Source of the DNA: Squalus acanthias
Taxonomy: Eukaryota
Direction of reading: 5' to 3'
Assembly: GCA_030390025.1 (NCBI GenBank)
Contig: CM059431.1
Span: forward strand, 122,142,001 to 122,206,000
DNA length: 64,000 bases
Shown here: positions 36,472 to 48,469 of the stretch, piece after piece
Position numbering within the stretch: the stretch's first letter is position 1
Layout of the letters: each line of letters opens with the position of its first letter
Program-made: the position numbers and the translations under genes
Notes under the pieces: model-generated
Databases searched by the model: none
What the model saw: the letters and a program-made list of their open reading frames with translations, nothing else
What the model was told of the DNA's origin: nothing

Positions 36472-37649
36472 AACCATGGCTAACAAAATAATTCAAATCT
36501 AGTATTAAGTCAAAGGAGGAAGCTTATAAAGTTGCCAGAAAAAGCAGCCAGCCTGAGGATTGGGATATTTTTAGAAATCAGCAAAGGGGGACCAAGAAAT
36601 TGATAAAGAAAGGGAAAATGGAATATGAGCACAAACTAGCGAAAAATATAAAAACGGATTGTAAAAGCTCCTATAGGTATGTGAAAAGGAAAAGACTGGT
36701 GAAGGTAAATGCAGGTCCTTTACAGTCAGAGACGGGAAAATTTATAATGCGGAATGAGGAAATGGCTGGGAGAAATTAAATAAATACTTTGTTTCTGTCT
36801 TCACGGATGAAGACACAAAAAAACTCCCAGAAATATGAGAAAACCAAGGGTGTGGAGAGAATGAGGAACTTAAAGAAATTATTATTAGTAAAAAAACAGT
36901 ACTAGCAAAATTAATGGGACTAAAAGTCGATAAATCCCAAGGACCGGATGACCTGCATCCTAGGGTTTTGAAAGAGGTGGCCATTGAGATAGTGGATGCG
37001 TTGGTTGTCATCTTCCAAAATTCTATAGATTCTGGAATGGTTCCTGCAGATTGGAGGATAGAAAATGTAACCCCACTATTTAAGAAAGGAGGGAGAGAGA
37101 AAACGGGGATCGATAGACCTGTTAGCCTCAAATCAGTTGTTGGGAAAATGCTGGAATCTATTATAAAGGATGCAATAACTGGGCATTAGAAACTAATAGT
37201 AAGATTGGGCAGAGTCAACATGGATTTATGAAAGGAAAATCCTGTTTAACAAACCTATTGGAGTTCTTTGAGGATGTAACTAGTGGAGTAGACAAAGGGG
37301 AACCGGTAGATGTGGTGTATTTGGATTTTCAGAAGGCCTTCGATAAGGTCCCATGCAAGAGGTTGGTGAACAAAATTAGGGCACATGGAATTGGGGGTAA
37401 TATACTAGCATGGATTGAGAATTGGTTAACAGACAGAAAACAAAGAGTAGGGATAAACGAGTCTTTTTCAGGATGGCAGGCTGTGACTAGTATATTCAAA
37501 ACAGAAGTCGATAGATTTCTGACTAGTAAGGGCATCAAGGGATATGGCGATAGGGCCGGTGAATGGAATTGAGGCAGAAGATCATCCATGATCTCATTGA
37601 ATGGCGGAGCAGGCTCAAAGGGCCGAATGGCCTACTCCTGTTCCTATTT
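36471..37649 (+). mobile_element. CR1 fragment, close relative of 20279-23655, with internal deletion
   Basis: Matches 21606-22628, then jumps to 23476-23655 at GTGACTAGT/ATATTCAAAAC. Confidence 0.93.
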
Positions 37650-38139
37650 CTTATGTTCTTATGTTCTTAATTCCCACAGCACTGAAATGGCCCAAAACAA
37701 AAGCCATGAACAACATTCCCTGTGACTATGATCATTGTGCATTATCTAGCCTTGTCTTTTTGAACCTCTCTGTATACTTTGACATGCTTAAATCCTTCTA
37801 CCTCTCCATTTCCCTCTCCTCCTGAAAGACCATCATTTGACCAAACATTTGGTCACCCCTATTAATATTTATTTATTTGCTTGTTGTCCATATTGGCACT
37901 AAGTTTAATACAATGGTAGCATACTCCTGTTAAACCGTTTTAAATTAAACAACTGCCTTATGGTGCAGATCAGAATTTAATGTAAGTATGTGAAGCAGTG
38001 CATTAAAAATAGACAATTAAACAGTAAACCTGTGCAATTTGTATCTGTGACCAAACATTAAGCATTGGGGAATCTGACCCCAATAGTTTCATGTGCAAGT
38101 CATTGGAATTTTCCTTTCACACAAACAGAGCTTGCTGCT

Positions 38140-38790
38140 TTAAACAAAAGAAGAACCTGAGCAGACTCCTGGCTCACCAGTTTTGCAAATGATATGCTAA
38201 ATTCCAAGCTATGGCTATAGAACTGCCCGAAGGGAAACTCTCTGCTGGCACTGAAGTGATCAATGACTATTTTGTCAATTTTTATAGTAAATTATACAAA
38301 TCTGTGTGCTCCCAGTCCCACAGGCATTACATTTATTTCTACAGAAATGTAATTTTTACTCTTTACCCAGGCCTATCACTCCTGGGGAGATTGTTAAAAT
38401 GGTTAGATAGATCCCTGGGCTTAAAGCTCTAGGAACCAATTGCTTCTCATCTAATTTAAAAAGAAAAGCTATAGAATGCAGAGGAGACCCATCTCTCTTA
38501 ATTACAGCGAACAAGATATGGGCAAAAGTATTTGCAGGTGATGCAGAGAGTATTCTTTACTTTTATAACAAGATGGATGTTATACCTTCTCAGAAAGCTT
38601 AGGCAGAATTTTAGAAATGAGTGCAGCATACAGGTCTCTTATGTGTCAGGAGTACTGTACCCATGTCCCTTGGTGCTAAAAGACAAAACTATTGATAGAA
38701 TGAGTGGCCCTATCTTTTCCACATAATGAGAATCTTTGGCTTGCAAGATATTATCACAAATTGGATTCAGTTAAACATACTTCAGGCACT
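38140..38790 (+). mobile_element. Degenerate L1-clade LINE ORF2 relic
   Basis: RLLAHQ, EVINDYFVNFYSKLYKS, KALG, RPISL, EWPYLFHIMRIFG...NWIQL in broken frames. Confidence 0.72.
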
Positions 38791-39099
38791 GACGGGCAGG
38801 ATACTGACAGGTTATTTCTGGCTGAATTTTCTGCCACTCTGCCCAATTTGGTGGCGTTCATCTGATGGGCAGCAGCAAGAAATTGGATTGAGATCCCTAA
38901 TGCCAGACATTTGCCCAATTTAGTGGCTGGCCCATTTGCAGCTGCCATGTCCGGCAGTTGGCAGAAGCACTTGCTGATCATTATCATTCCTGACTTCCTT
39001 TGTGATGATTTATAATCACACTTGTATAAAACAGGCGTCCATGATATCTGGGTAAAATGGAGAAGGTGGAAGAGAATTCCAAATGCCTAGATTGAATGT

Positions 39100-39277
39100 G
39101 GATAAAATTCAATTTTGGCAGAGCTGTATCATGGGCGGTATTGGATCGGCCACCCGTTATTCTTCATGCCTGATTTTTCTTTCCACAACAGAAAGGAAAA
39201 TCATGTGGGGTGTACAACAGATGGCCAATCCATGACCGTCTGTTTTGTGTCCGCTCCAAAGTTTAATTTTACCTCCA
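39100..39277. mobile_element. Short palindromic MITE
   Basis: GGATAAAATTCAATTTTGG...CCAAAGTTTAATTTTACCTCC ends. Shares GGCGGTATTGGATCGG with 19921-20108. Confidence 0.68.
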
Positions 39278-39429
39278 GTGTTTGTAGGTTCCGTTACTAG
39301 CTTAACGCGCTCTCATTTTTGCTGTTTCTTGGGAAGCTTTTTACTATTGCCAACCATTTTGAATGGCTGTAATTCCCTCCTTCCAATTGGATGCCCAACT
39401 ACTGGGGTTGTAGCAGTGGCACTTGGCTA

Positions 39430-40000
39430 AAACGAGGTGTTAGGCCACTCAAATATGTAAATTAGGGGTACTGAGACCAGAGTATAAGAATGATGTGTCG
39501 ATCTGAAAGCCCTTGACAATGCTGGCCCCAGAGCCAAGGTTGCAGCAGTCTGAGCTTCCATGGAAATTGTCAGAGCTGTAGCCAGAGGCACCATCATGAG
39601 GGGCCCCACTATCGTGTTCCTGGAGCTGACCACTCGCTCCATGTTTGACAGTATGTTCTCCATGCTTTGCGCGAAGCTGTGACAAAAGTCGGAGCTGGAC
39701 TCCTCCATGCTCTCAGCCATTGCGCACAAGCTCCCTCCATTGCGCACAAGCTCCCTGGTTACCTGGTGCACCAACATTTCCTGGTGTATGCCAATCAATC
39801 TTATTTGGTAGCCTGGGCCGTCGAAGTCTGCATCTGAGTCCTCTGCAGCAGTGCTAGTCTGTGATGTCATCCTCCGGTGAGCTGACACAAGTGGCTCCCT
39901 ATTCCCTTGTCCTAGCTCCTGCACACGTGTGCCCGGTGATCCAACACATGAAGACTCTTCCTCTAACCGCTGTACTGAAGATGCTTCATACAAGTCCCCA
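39430..40000 (-). pseudogene. Relic of Harbinger Myb-gene exon 3
   Basis: STAAEDSDADFDG...IGIHQEML...SLCAMAESMEESSS aligns with SSAAQDSDEDLVG...MGMHSELM...SLSAMSRCVEESAS at 32017-32200. Confidence 0.78.
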
Positions 40001-40344
40001 GGAAAGTTTGGGCCTTTCCCCAAACCTACGTATTGCATATTGAACTGTACCTAGTTGGAATGCAGTGGAGCACAGTGATTAAAACAGCACTTTAATCTAC
40101 CTGCAATCTTCTGCATTGAATTCCTTTGTAGTCCGTACATGCTATAAGCCACAAGTGAGCAGCAGAAGAGGAAATAGGTGGCAGGTGGAACACAAGTAGG
40201 AAGAGAGATTATCCTTTCCAAAGTATTTACAGACCAAGTACCTGGCATTGACAGATTGACAAGCTTTGTGTTCAATGCTAGCGGGCATGTTCTGACAGAT
40301 TTCTGACATTTTTAAATAGTGCTGACCTGGAATCATTCTCATTA

Positions 40345-40800
40345 ATATCCACCTGTAGCTGTAAACGTAACTGCAGTTATCAATTTCTTCACCACAGGTT
40401 CCTTCCAGGCACTAGGAAATGATTACACTGTCATCTTGCCATCTATGTCTAACTCTATCCAGGAGGTCACAGATAAGCTTTAAATGAAAGCTTCAGACTT
40501 GCTCATTTATCTAAACTCTGAGGACTGGTAGGAAGCTGCACAGCTTTGTTTTTGTGTCAGTACTGGAGGGATGGCCTATACTCACATTGGTATATATCTT
40601 CAAGAGAGGCCACTAATTCCATGCTTGCTTAATGACTATAGCTGTAGGCAAAAATCTTAGCTCATAATGCCTGCATAGTATTATTATAAATGAGGCACTC
40701 AAAGTCACAATTCTTTGAGAGTCTGGACTCACGGGCCACACATCTCACCACAATCAGCTACTAGGCCAGAAAGACAGAAGTGCTAGCATAGGATATCCCA
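40345..40800 (+). pseudogene. Old Harbinger transposase relic
   Basis: PVAVNVTAVINFFTTGSFQ...SIQEVTDKL. Downstream part is heavily decayed. Confidence 0.7.
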
Positions 40801-41999
40801 CCTTCAACACTACCCCCTCCTATTTTTCTAACTTTGTAAGGGCTTCTTCGCTTACAAGGCCCATGGAAACCCTGATGGAATGCCACAACCCATTATATTA
40901 GTGTCCCAGCTTCATTTCCAATCATTTGGTGCATTCTCGTCAGAGTTACAATAGGTATGGATAGAAATTCAGCTCCCTGCTATTTGGGACAAATCAGGAA
41001 GTAGCCGGCAAAATCCTTCACAAAATGCTTGTAGATCTACTTGATATGTTATGCGTTAATGTCTCAATCATGTGTTGATTAATACTGTTAGAGAAACCAG
41101 CTTGGAGTTGTTGTTTCTATGCAAGGAATTATGGTTCTAAGTACAGTGTCTTGGGGGTAATTTTGACTTTGAACAATAGTGTAAAATGGGTGATTTTGGA
41201 TCAGCTGCCGTTATACATATTGCCTGATAACCCCTTAATTTTACAAATTACAGATACTCACAGATAATACACACCACAATGCGAAGGTTGCTGGAGACCT
41301 CACATTACAGTTGCTGAGGTCAGTCTGCAAGTGTACCCTATTTGTTAGATTTTTTTCCTTACCCTTCAGCTCGAAAAACTTTTGTGCTGGACGTGCAAGG
41401 TCAATGCCACCAACAGTCTATCTCCTTAACCAATGAGATTTAAGGATTGAGAAAGAAACAACGGAGAAGGAGGGTAAATTAGAGCCAAATCGGGAAGAGA
41501 AATAGAAATAAAGTGAGGGAAAGAAAGAGACAGAAAGGAAAAGTAAGAAAAACATTTTAAAAATTAAAATTTAAAAAGCTTCTAGGAACAATTTACTACC
41601 TGCAGGAGTGAGACTCCACAGTTTCAATTGTTCCCTTTCTGGGCTGGAGAGGTTGAGTGGTATTGCAGGAACATAAATCTCGTCATTAAGTTTAATTAGT
41701 TTTAACAACGCAAATGCAGCAATTTCTTGAAATCCATGGGAAGGTTGAGGGCAAGCTCTGGTTTTCGTGAGGCTAACAGCAGAGTGACACAAATTGGCCA
41801 GCAATTTGTGGCAATTTGTAACTCACGGTGCATCTCTTCCTTGACACAAATTGTTGGGTTATTTACACACTAATAACAGCGTGCGCATAAAACTCGCCAT
41901 TATTTTCCCAGCAAATTCTGGGCCATAGTTTCTATCTCTAAGACCTAACATAATTTACTTTCGCCCATCAACAGTTCCATTCAGAATTAAATATCCATT

Positions 42000-42599
42000 G
42001 GCCCCAAAAATCAACGGGCCACTATCCAAGTGGCAATGCGAGAATCGCGCCTGCTAGTGCCCTCCAATGTGGGGTCAGCAAGAAGACACCTAATTTACAT
42101 GAGGCTGGCAGGTACTATGCCACTACAGATGCATCTCTGGCACCCACCTGTCCCATGCACCTGGAAAGTCAGGATTATTGGGGGATGGCGCTACCAAGGG
42201 CCCTCCCAGACCCCATAGTGCCCCCTCAAACCACTGTGAAAGGGAACTGATGCAATTTGAAAAAAAAATGCCCTTTCTTGGGAGGTTCAAGCCGCACCCC
42301 TCACCTGGTGCCCACCTGGAGTCTAGTACACCTCATCTCATTCGGCCCTCCAGCCTCAGTAATACTGAGTCGAGGAAGCAGGAGCTCCCTCCCACCCTGG
42401 CTCATCTCCTGGGGCCATCCCCGATGTCATTGGCCTTGTAAGGGGTGGACAGTGGTTACTATCCTCACAAGGTTGACGGGGAAAGTCTGGAATCGAAAAC
42501 AAACCGGCACAATTGGATCCCTATCATGTTCTGGTAGGTTCTACCTACTCCACTGAAGTTACGGCAGGACTCTGACTGAACCCAAGGAAATTTGGGGCT
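42000..42599. mobile_element. Harbinger-type MITE, degenerate
   Basis: GGCCCCAAAAAT...AAATTTGGGGCT ends around a GC-rich island. Confidence 0.55.
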
Positions 42600-43050
42600 T
42601 TAATGAAATAGTTTCAATGCTGTCTCTAGATTATACCCAGTGACTGATCATTTTATAATTTAGTGCACACTTTCTCAGATCATTTTATTTTGAATTTAAA
42701 ACCATATACTACTTATCCATATGCAAGCAATCTTTCCCCTTTAATAATCCTGCTCTGACTTTAGCTGCTCTTCATGAACCCACTATAGTTTCTTTGTATG
42801 GACCCTCGAGTTATCAGACTATTGCTGAAACAATAAGCACTTTAACTATCATAAAGTTAAAGTTAATGTAACTCTGCAGACAATGAATAACACTCCTGTA
42901 AACTAGATGTAGCAATATTTGTCTTATGCAGCTATTTGTGTTCCCTCAGAGAGGCCCAGAACAAAGTTAAGCTTACCTTGTTTTATTTACTGTGTATCTG
43001 TGCGAGGCTAACTGTATTTACTGATTGAGTACCGATAGTAATTAATGTGA

Positions 43051-43238
43051 TGATGTGGAGATGCCGGTGTTGGACTGGGGTGGACAAAAGTGAGAAGTCG
43101 CACAACACCAGGTTATAGTCCAACAGCTTTATTTGAAATCACAAGCTTTCGGAGCGCTGCTCCTTCGTCAGCGCTCCGAAAGCTTGTGATTTCAAATAAA
43201 GCTGTTGCACTATAACCTGGTGTTGTGCGACTTCTCAC
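43051..43238 (-). mobile_element. 188-bp fold-back Penelope terminal-repeat insertion containing a hammerhead core
   Basis: 12-bp TSD TAATTAATGTGA (43039-43050, 43239-43250). 70-bp inverted arms 43090-43159 / 43169-43238 with one mismatch. Arm homologous to 28838-28902. Confidence 0.92.
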
Positions 43239-45059
43239 TAATTAATGTGAGGTAATCCTGCTATGACATAGGATGTGGTCTTTACTAACAAGTTAAAACA
43301 TAAGGGTGTATTAAGCAGGTAGATGTTACATATAAATTGATCCCGTTAGAAACTGCAATTTCTCAACCAGATTAAAATTAGATGGTTGTAATAGTCAGTG
43401 ATTGATTTATACAGTGACTCTTTAACATTGACTTCACAGTAAGTAAATTCTGCAGACAAGGATAAATAGTTGCTGTCGTAACAAGGCATTGTCTCTTGAT
43501 GATTATGAAACTTTGTGGAGTTACATCAAAAAAAAGCAGCCATTCTTTTTCATATTCTCTATGCAACTGAGGCCAGATGATCGTAATATACATACTTGTT
43601 ATTTATTTGCTTGAGTTACAGAGTAGAATTAATGCTCTTGAAGAAATCACATCAGGACAAGAAAGGAGATGCTTTTGTAATAATGTTTTTTTTATTCATT
43701 TGCAATATGCATATCTAGTTTGGGGGGAAAAAAATTAATGTAATGCTGGTTTCTATAAACTAGACCAGTAGATTGCATTTGCAAGTTTAACATTATTGCT
43801 CCACAGGCTATTTGTTTAAAATACATGCACTGGTAATGAAAGATATCATGATAGTAAAATTGAACATTTCTTGGAGTGAACTTTAACTATTGATTTCAGG
43901 AGGTATAGGTAGAGTAGGCTTCCTAAGTACGGTTGTTGAAATGTGACCCTTTGCAATCATGTTCAATTCATCTGCTACAATAATAAAAGATCGTTAATCA
44001 TTTTCAGTAGCTGTCATGGAGGTCTTGAATTTAATGGCAAATGTATCATTTACCCAGGCATATTTATAGCAGGTGGGATTAACTCTATACAGTACCCTCG
44101 GTTTAAATATAACGTGCGTGGCGAACAGATTGGCCAAATGTCACTTTAAATACATGCCACTGTCAATGTGCATTATTTGAACATCACTCCATTTCTTTTC
44201 TTCTGTTGGCAAGTAGAAAAGTGCTTCTTGCAAACATGGCAAATTACCAACATTGCCCGCAGGGTGAATACATTTGTCATGTTGCAAATGACATTGTCTT
44301 ACACAAAACAATTTTTGGAATGTTTTACAAAACCAACACTCCTTTGAGGTACTGGGAGCAATAAAGAGGCTTCTGGAGTGTAAACCTGTTAAGCAGCAAT
44401 ATGCCTTCAGTAAGTGACAGGCATTATGACCAGTAAAGGTCGTATTCCGCAAAATTTGTGATTACATTGCTAAAATATACACCAAATGGAAATAGCGGGA
44501 CCTTCAATCTTTGTGGCATGATGCTAAATTTAGATACATAAAAATATAACTGAAATTGGCTTGCTGTTTTGAACTGAAATTGAATTTTTTTTTTGTCCAT
44601 TTAAAAGCTTCTCGTTTAATAGTTGCTAGGTTACATGCAAGTTTGAACACAACACACAAGGTCAAGTTATGTTACATCTGTATGGGCCTTGAAACAACAG
44701 AAGCTGACTGCCTCAAAGCACATTTGAAATATGACATGCCAATAGTAATTTAGAGCCTATGGAGCACAACAGATGTCCCACTTACTCATTTTAGTTAACA
44801 AATGCAGTTATAACAGCAGAAGACTGTTGTGTTTTTGATGGGTTCAGAATACTGCTGCTCTTCACTCCTTATGCTGGATAGATTTAAGCTGCCGTACCCG
44901 CTAGTAAAAATAGTCTTTATGCCAATTACAGAAGCTTTTTTATAAGTTATTATTCATGGATACCTCTACACACAGCATAAGATTTTCTAGTAATTAACTG
45001 TAAGTGATTTCTAGATAAAATTATGTTAATAACATCGTAACCTTCAATCTTTTGGGCAG

Positions 45060-45420
45060 TACCTAGGGAGTGCTGCATTGTTGGAGGCGCTGTCTTTTGG
45101 ATGAGATGTTAAATCAAGCCCCTGTTTGCCCTCTCAGGTGCCCGCCAAAGATCCCATACACAATTTTTGAAGAAGTGCAGGGGGGTTTTGCCCAGTGTCC
45201 TGGCCAATATTTATCCTTAATCACTATCACTAAAACAGATTGTCTGGTCATTATCACATTGCTGTGTGTGGGACCTTGCTGTGCGCAAATTGGCTGCCGT
45301 GTTTCCTACATTACAACAGCGGCTACACTTCAAAAGTATTTCATTGGCTGTGAAGAGCTTTGGGGTATTGTGAGGTCGTGGACGACGCTATATAAATGCC
45401 AGTCTTGCTTTTTATTTTGA
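45060..45420 (+). mobile_element. 5'-truncated copy of the SacSINE1-like SINE
   Basis: Aligns with 27485-27830. Confidence 0.85.
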
Positions 45421-46249
45421 TCAACAGTGTTCAACAACATTGTGTGCACTGGGTGTCAGCATCCGTACCAACATCCACAATCCAGACAACAATGGACCTA
45501 AACTGAATAAAATTACACTCAGAAACATTACATTAGATATTATTAAACATTAATGACCAACCTGGAATGATTTCAAGGACATTATCTAATCAGAGGATTC
45601 AGATAATGGATATAAAGCACTCAAACCTTGCTCTTGTGGTTTATGATGTCACCACAACTTTCAAATAGATTACTGCCCAGTAATTGCCCCGAACTTCTAA
45701 TTCCTTTTTCCTTTTTTCTTTATTATATTTTATTCAGGATTACTCCTGTCTTTAACGATGTTCCAGTCTGATACAACAATATGATGTTGCAGGTTAGAGA
45801 AAAGCTTTTATATAATTCCAATTTCATACTTCTATTCAGCTCAGGCACACCCTACCTCAGGCTTGCAAGGATAAATGAGAACGGTATAAACATTTCGATG
45901 CAATCTATTCCATACTGTTACAGCTGATGAAGATCTGTAGATTAGAATGCCCTAAACATAATCAACAGCAATATCGAATACAGCAATAACTCTTAAATTG
46001 CAAAAAGCATTCAGTACACAAAGAAACATACAATGGGTGTGACATCAGGAGCTGTCACTTCACTGCAAGAATATTTTGAATCATCGAGTGGTAATTGTTG
46101 CACCATGTGATTAAATGTGACTTTTTTGAGACTTAAAAAAAAATAATGGAAATTAATTCAATTATAAAACATTGACCAAAATAAGAAAGTTTGATTTTTG
46201 TTCTCGTGCTATTTCACAAATTATTCATAGTATAATTTATCATACAAAA

Positions 46250-46415
46250 ATTAAAACACTGCAGATGCTGGAAATCTAAAAAAAAACAGAAAATGCTGGA
46301 AGTATTCAGCAGGTCAGACAGCATCCTTGGAGTGAGGAAGGTAGGGTAAACTATTCTGATGAATGGTCATTGACCTGAAACGTTAATCCTACCTTCCTGT
46401 CTCCACAGATGCCGC
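46250..46415 (+). mobile_element. Second fold-back repeat family with hammerhead core (probably Penelope-derived)
   Basis: CTGATGA-AT-GGTCA-T-TGACC-T-GAAA-CGTT at 46356-46384 between inverted arms AGGAAGGTAGG / CCTACCTTCCT. Related fragments at 33855-33955 and 58960-59075. Confidence 0.7.
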
Positions 46416-48469
46416 ATAAATTACTATACATTCTACAAGATGCTAAGATTGACTGTCAGTAACAGAAGAACTGAAATAGCTAAACTGCTACCTGGACTGT
46501 AGGCCCACACACGTCCAAAGCTTCTGTTATTCACATATTGTGATAATGCAATCAAAAGTATCACGACCAATTCTTTTCATACAAATATGATATCTCATGA
46601 ACAAAATACAACTCAAATCTTTTAGCTGTCACACAAATAGGTAGCAATAGGTTCTTGTTTGATACGACATTTAGAAAACTGACAGACTTGACCAGACATA
46701 ACACACAAGATAATTAGATTAATAATTACAAAAAAATGACATGACAAGACATTTTGCGTAATTGCTTTAGTAAGGCTTTAACAATCAAAGCATGCAGCTA
46801 TCTCACAATTACCTACTTCAATGAAGCTTAGGGACTATATAGTTTCTCCGAAACCCCAACCTGACTCAGGCCGTGCTACAATCCTAGTGAGTGCTTGAGT
46901 TGTTTCATTGTACATGCAAACTAAACAATGTCTGTCAATCGCGGACAGGTTGAAGCCACCATACAGCAGGTCAGTGACTGATCATTAGTTTAAAAAAACA
47001 CAACAGATATTTTCCCCCCTGAGATTACTGTTTTTTACAAAGGCAACATGACAGCTTTGAGGTTTACAAGAGAAAATGTATGCCTTCAATGTATGGTGTG
47101 CCTCAAAATATCTCCAATAAAGCACAGCTGCTGGCAAGGGGAGTGCGTCGGGTCACTCAACCTGTGCTCCTGTGGAAGGTGGCTTATTGCTTGGAGATTT
47201 TACTGTCATAAAATGTTGATTCTCCTGAGTAGGCAGGCATGACATGTGCCAAGTTCGTTGTCAGCAGAAAAGAACAGGTAGAACTGTAGAAGTAATACCA
47301 CACTGTAGCTTCTAGCTAGAAGGATCCAATGAATCCTTTTTTCTTGCAGTTGACAGCTCATCCTGAGGCTTGTTGCTAAACTACCAAAACAAGCTGGGAC
47401 TCATGCATTCCAAGTTAAGTGCTAATCTGGTCTGCACCACAGGCCAACCTGTCTGACTCCGTGATGTAAGTGGCTTCACGTGGGCTATCAGCAATAGGTT
47501 TAAAGGCAACAATGCCAGCATGATATCATTATATTCCAGCATTTTATATTATCACTGCAGGTAACAACAACCTGTTCAGCGAAGGATGACAGCTGCGCTG
47601 CATAGCTGATATCAAGCTCCACTTATTCACAAATGGGGTTAGATTATGGTGAGTTCATGTTGCAAACAGGTCCAAGCTGTTTCCGCCCTAGAACTGGACA
47701 GAAAAATTAAAAGTAAGTAATTCCTTATAATTTTCCTATCATCAATCCTGGTGATGATTATTATGATTCTGTTATTGTTGAGGAGGGATTGTTTCATTCT
47801 TGGCGACCTCACGTTTTCTCTATTAATATGCTCCTTTCCAATTTTCACTGTTGCAGCACACGAAAGCAGGATATGAAACAAAGAGCATGGAAGGAAGAGA
47901 CAGCTGGGTTGAAAATGGACAAAACCTCTCCTAGCTAACAGTTAACCTATGACAAATGAGGTTGAGTATCAGATACAATGAACAGAGTGTAAGGCAACTA
48001 CAAAGATGCAAACTGCCCAGAATAAGTTGTGGCAACATGGGTTGTTTAATTCTTTTTGACCCATACATATAATTTCCTATATACGGAATTTGGGCTGAAT
48101 TTCCCTCTTCTGAACAAACTTCGGGCAGCTAGCTGGCAGAATGCACAGCCGGCTGCGCTGGTAGTGCTGGTGGGAGGCGCGGTCCATTTTGAGGGCCAAG
48201 CCTCATTAGCATCATGCCAGCAGGCTACTGTTGGAGATCGAATGCCCCAGGGCAGTCCACCAGTTCTGGGCTGTCGCAATATCGGGTGGCCCAGCCGGCT
48301 TCTGAACCGGAAGAAGGTAGGCCTCGATGTCTGGAGGGGTGGGCCAGCCGGAGAGGCAAAACCCAGGCTGGATTTGTGGAGCCTGCATGAACGCTCCAGC
48401 TCCTCCTGGCCCCACAAAAGTGAGGAGGCACTCATTTTCGGGACTTTCTTCAGCCGGGCTGCCTACTTT

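Noticed and set aside
35659..36502. Long SL/ER-rich ORFs (249, 165 and 73 aa)
   Set aside because: Translations of the (CT)n microsatellite.
44141..44452. Cys/His-rich 103-aa ORF as a zinc finger
   Set aside because: No recognisable spacing pattern or splice support.
45739..45793. Coding exon after a strong pyrimidine tract
   Set aside because: Stops in all three frames. A non-coding exon cannot be excluded.
47350..47650. Exon-like segments with AG acceptors and a GTGAGT donor
   Set aside because: All frames contain stops.
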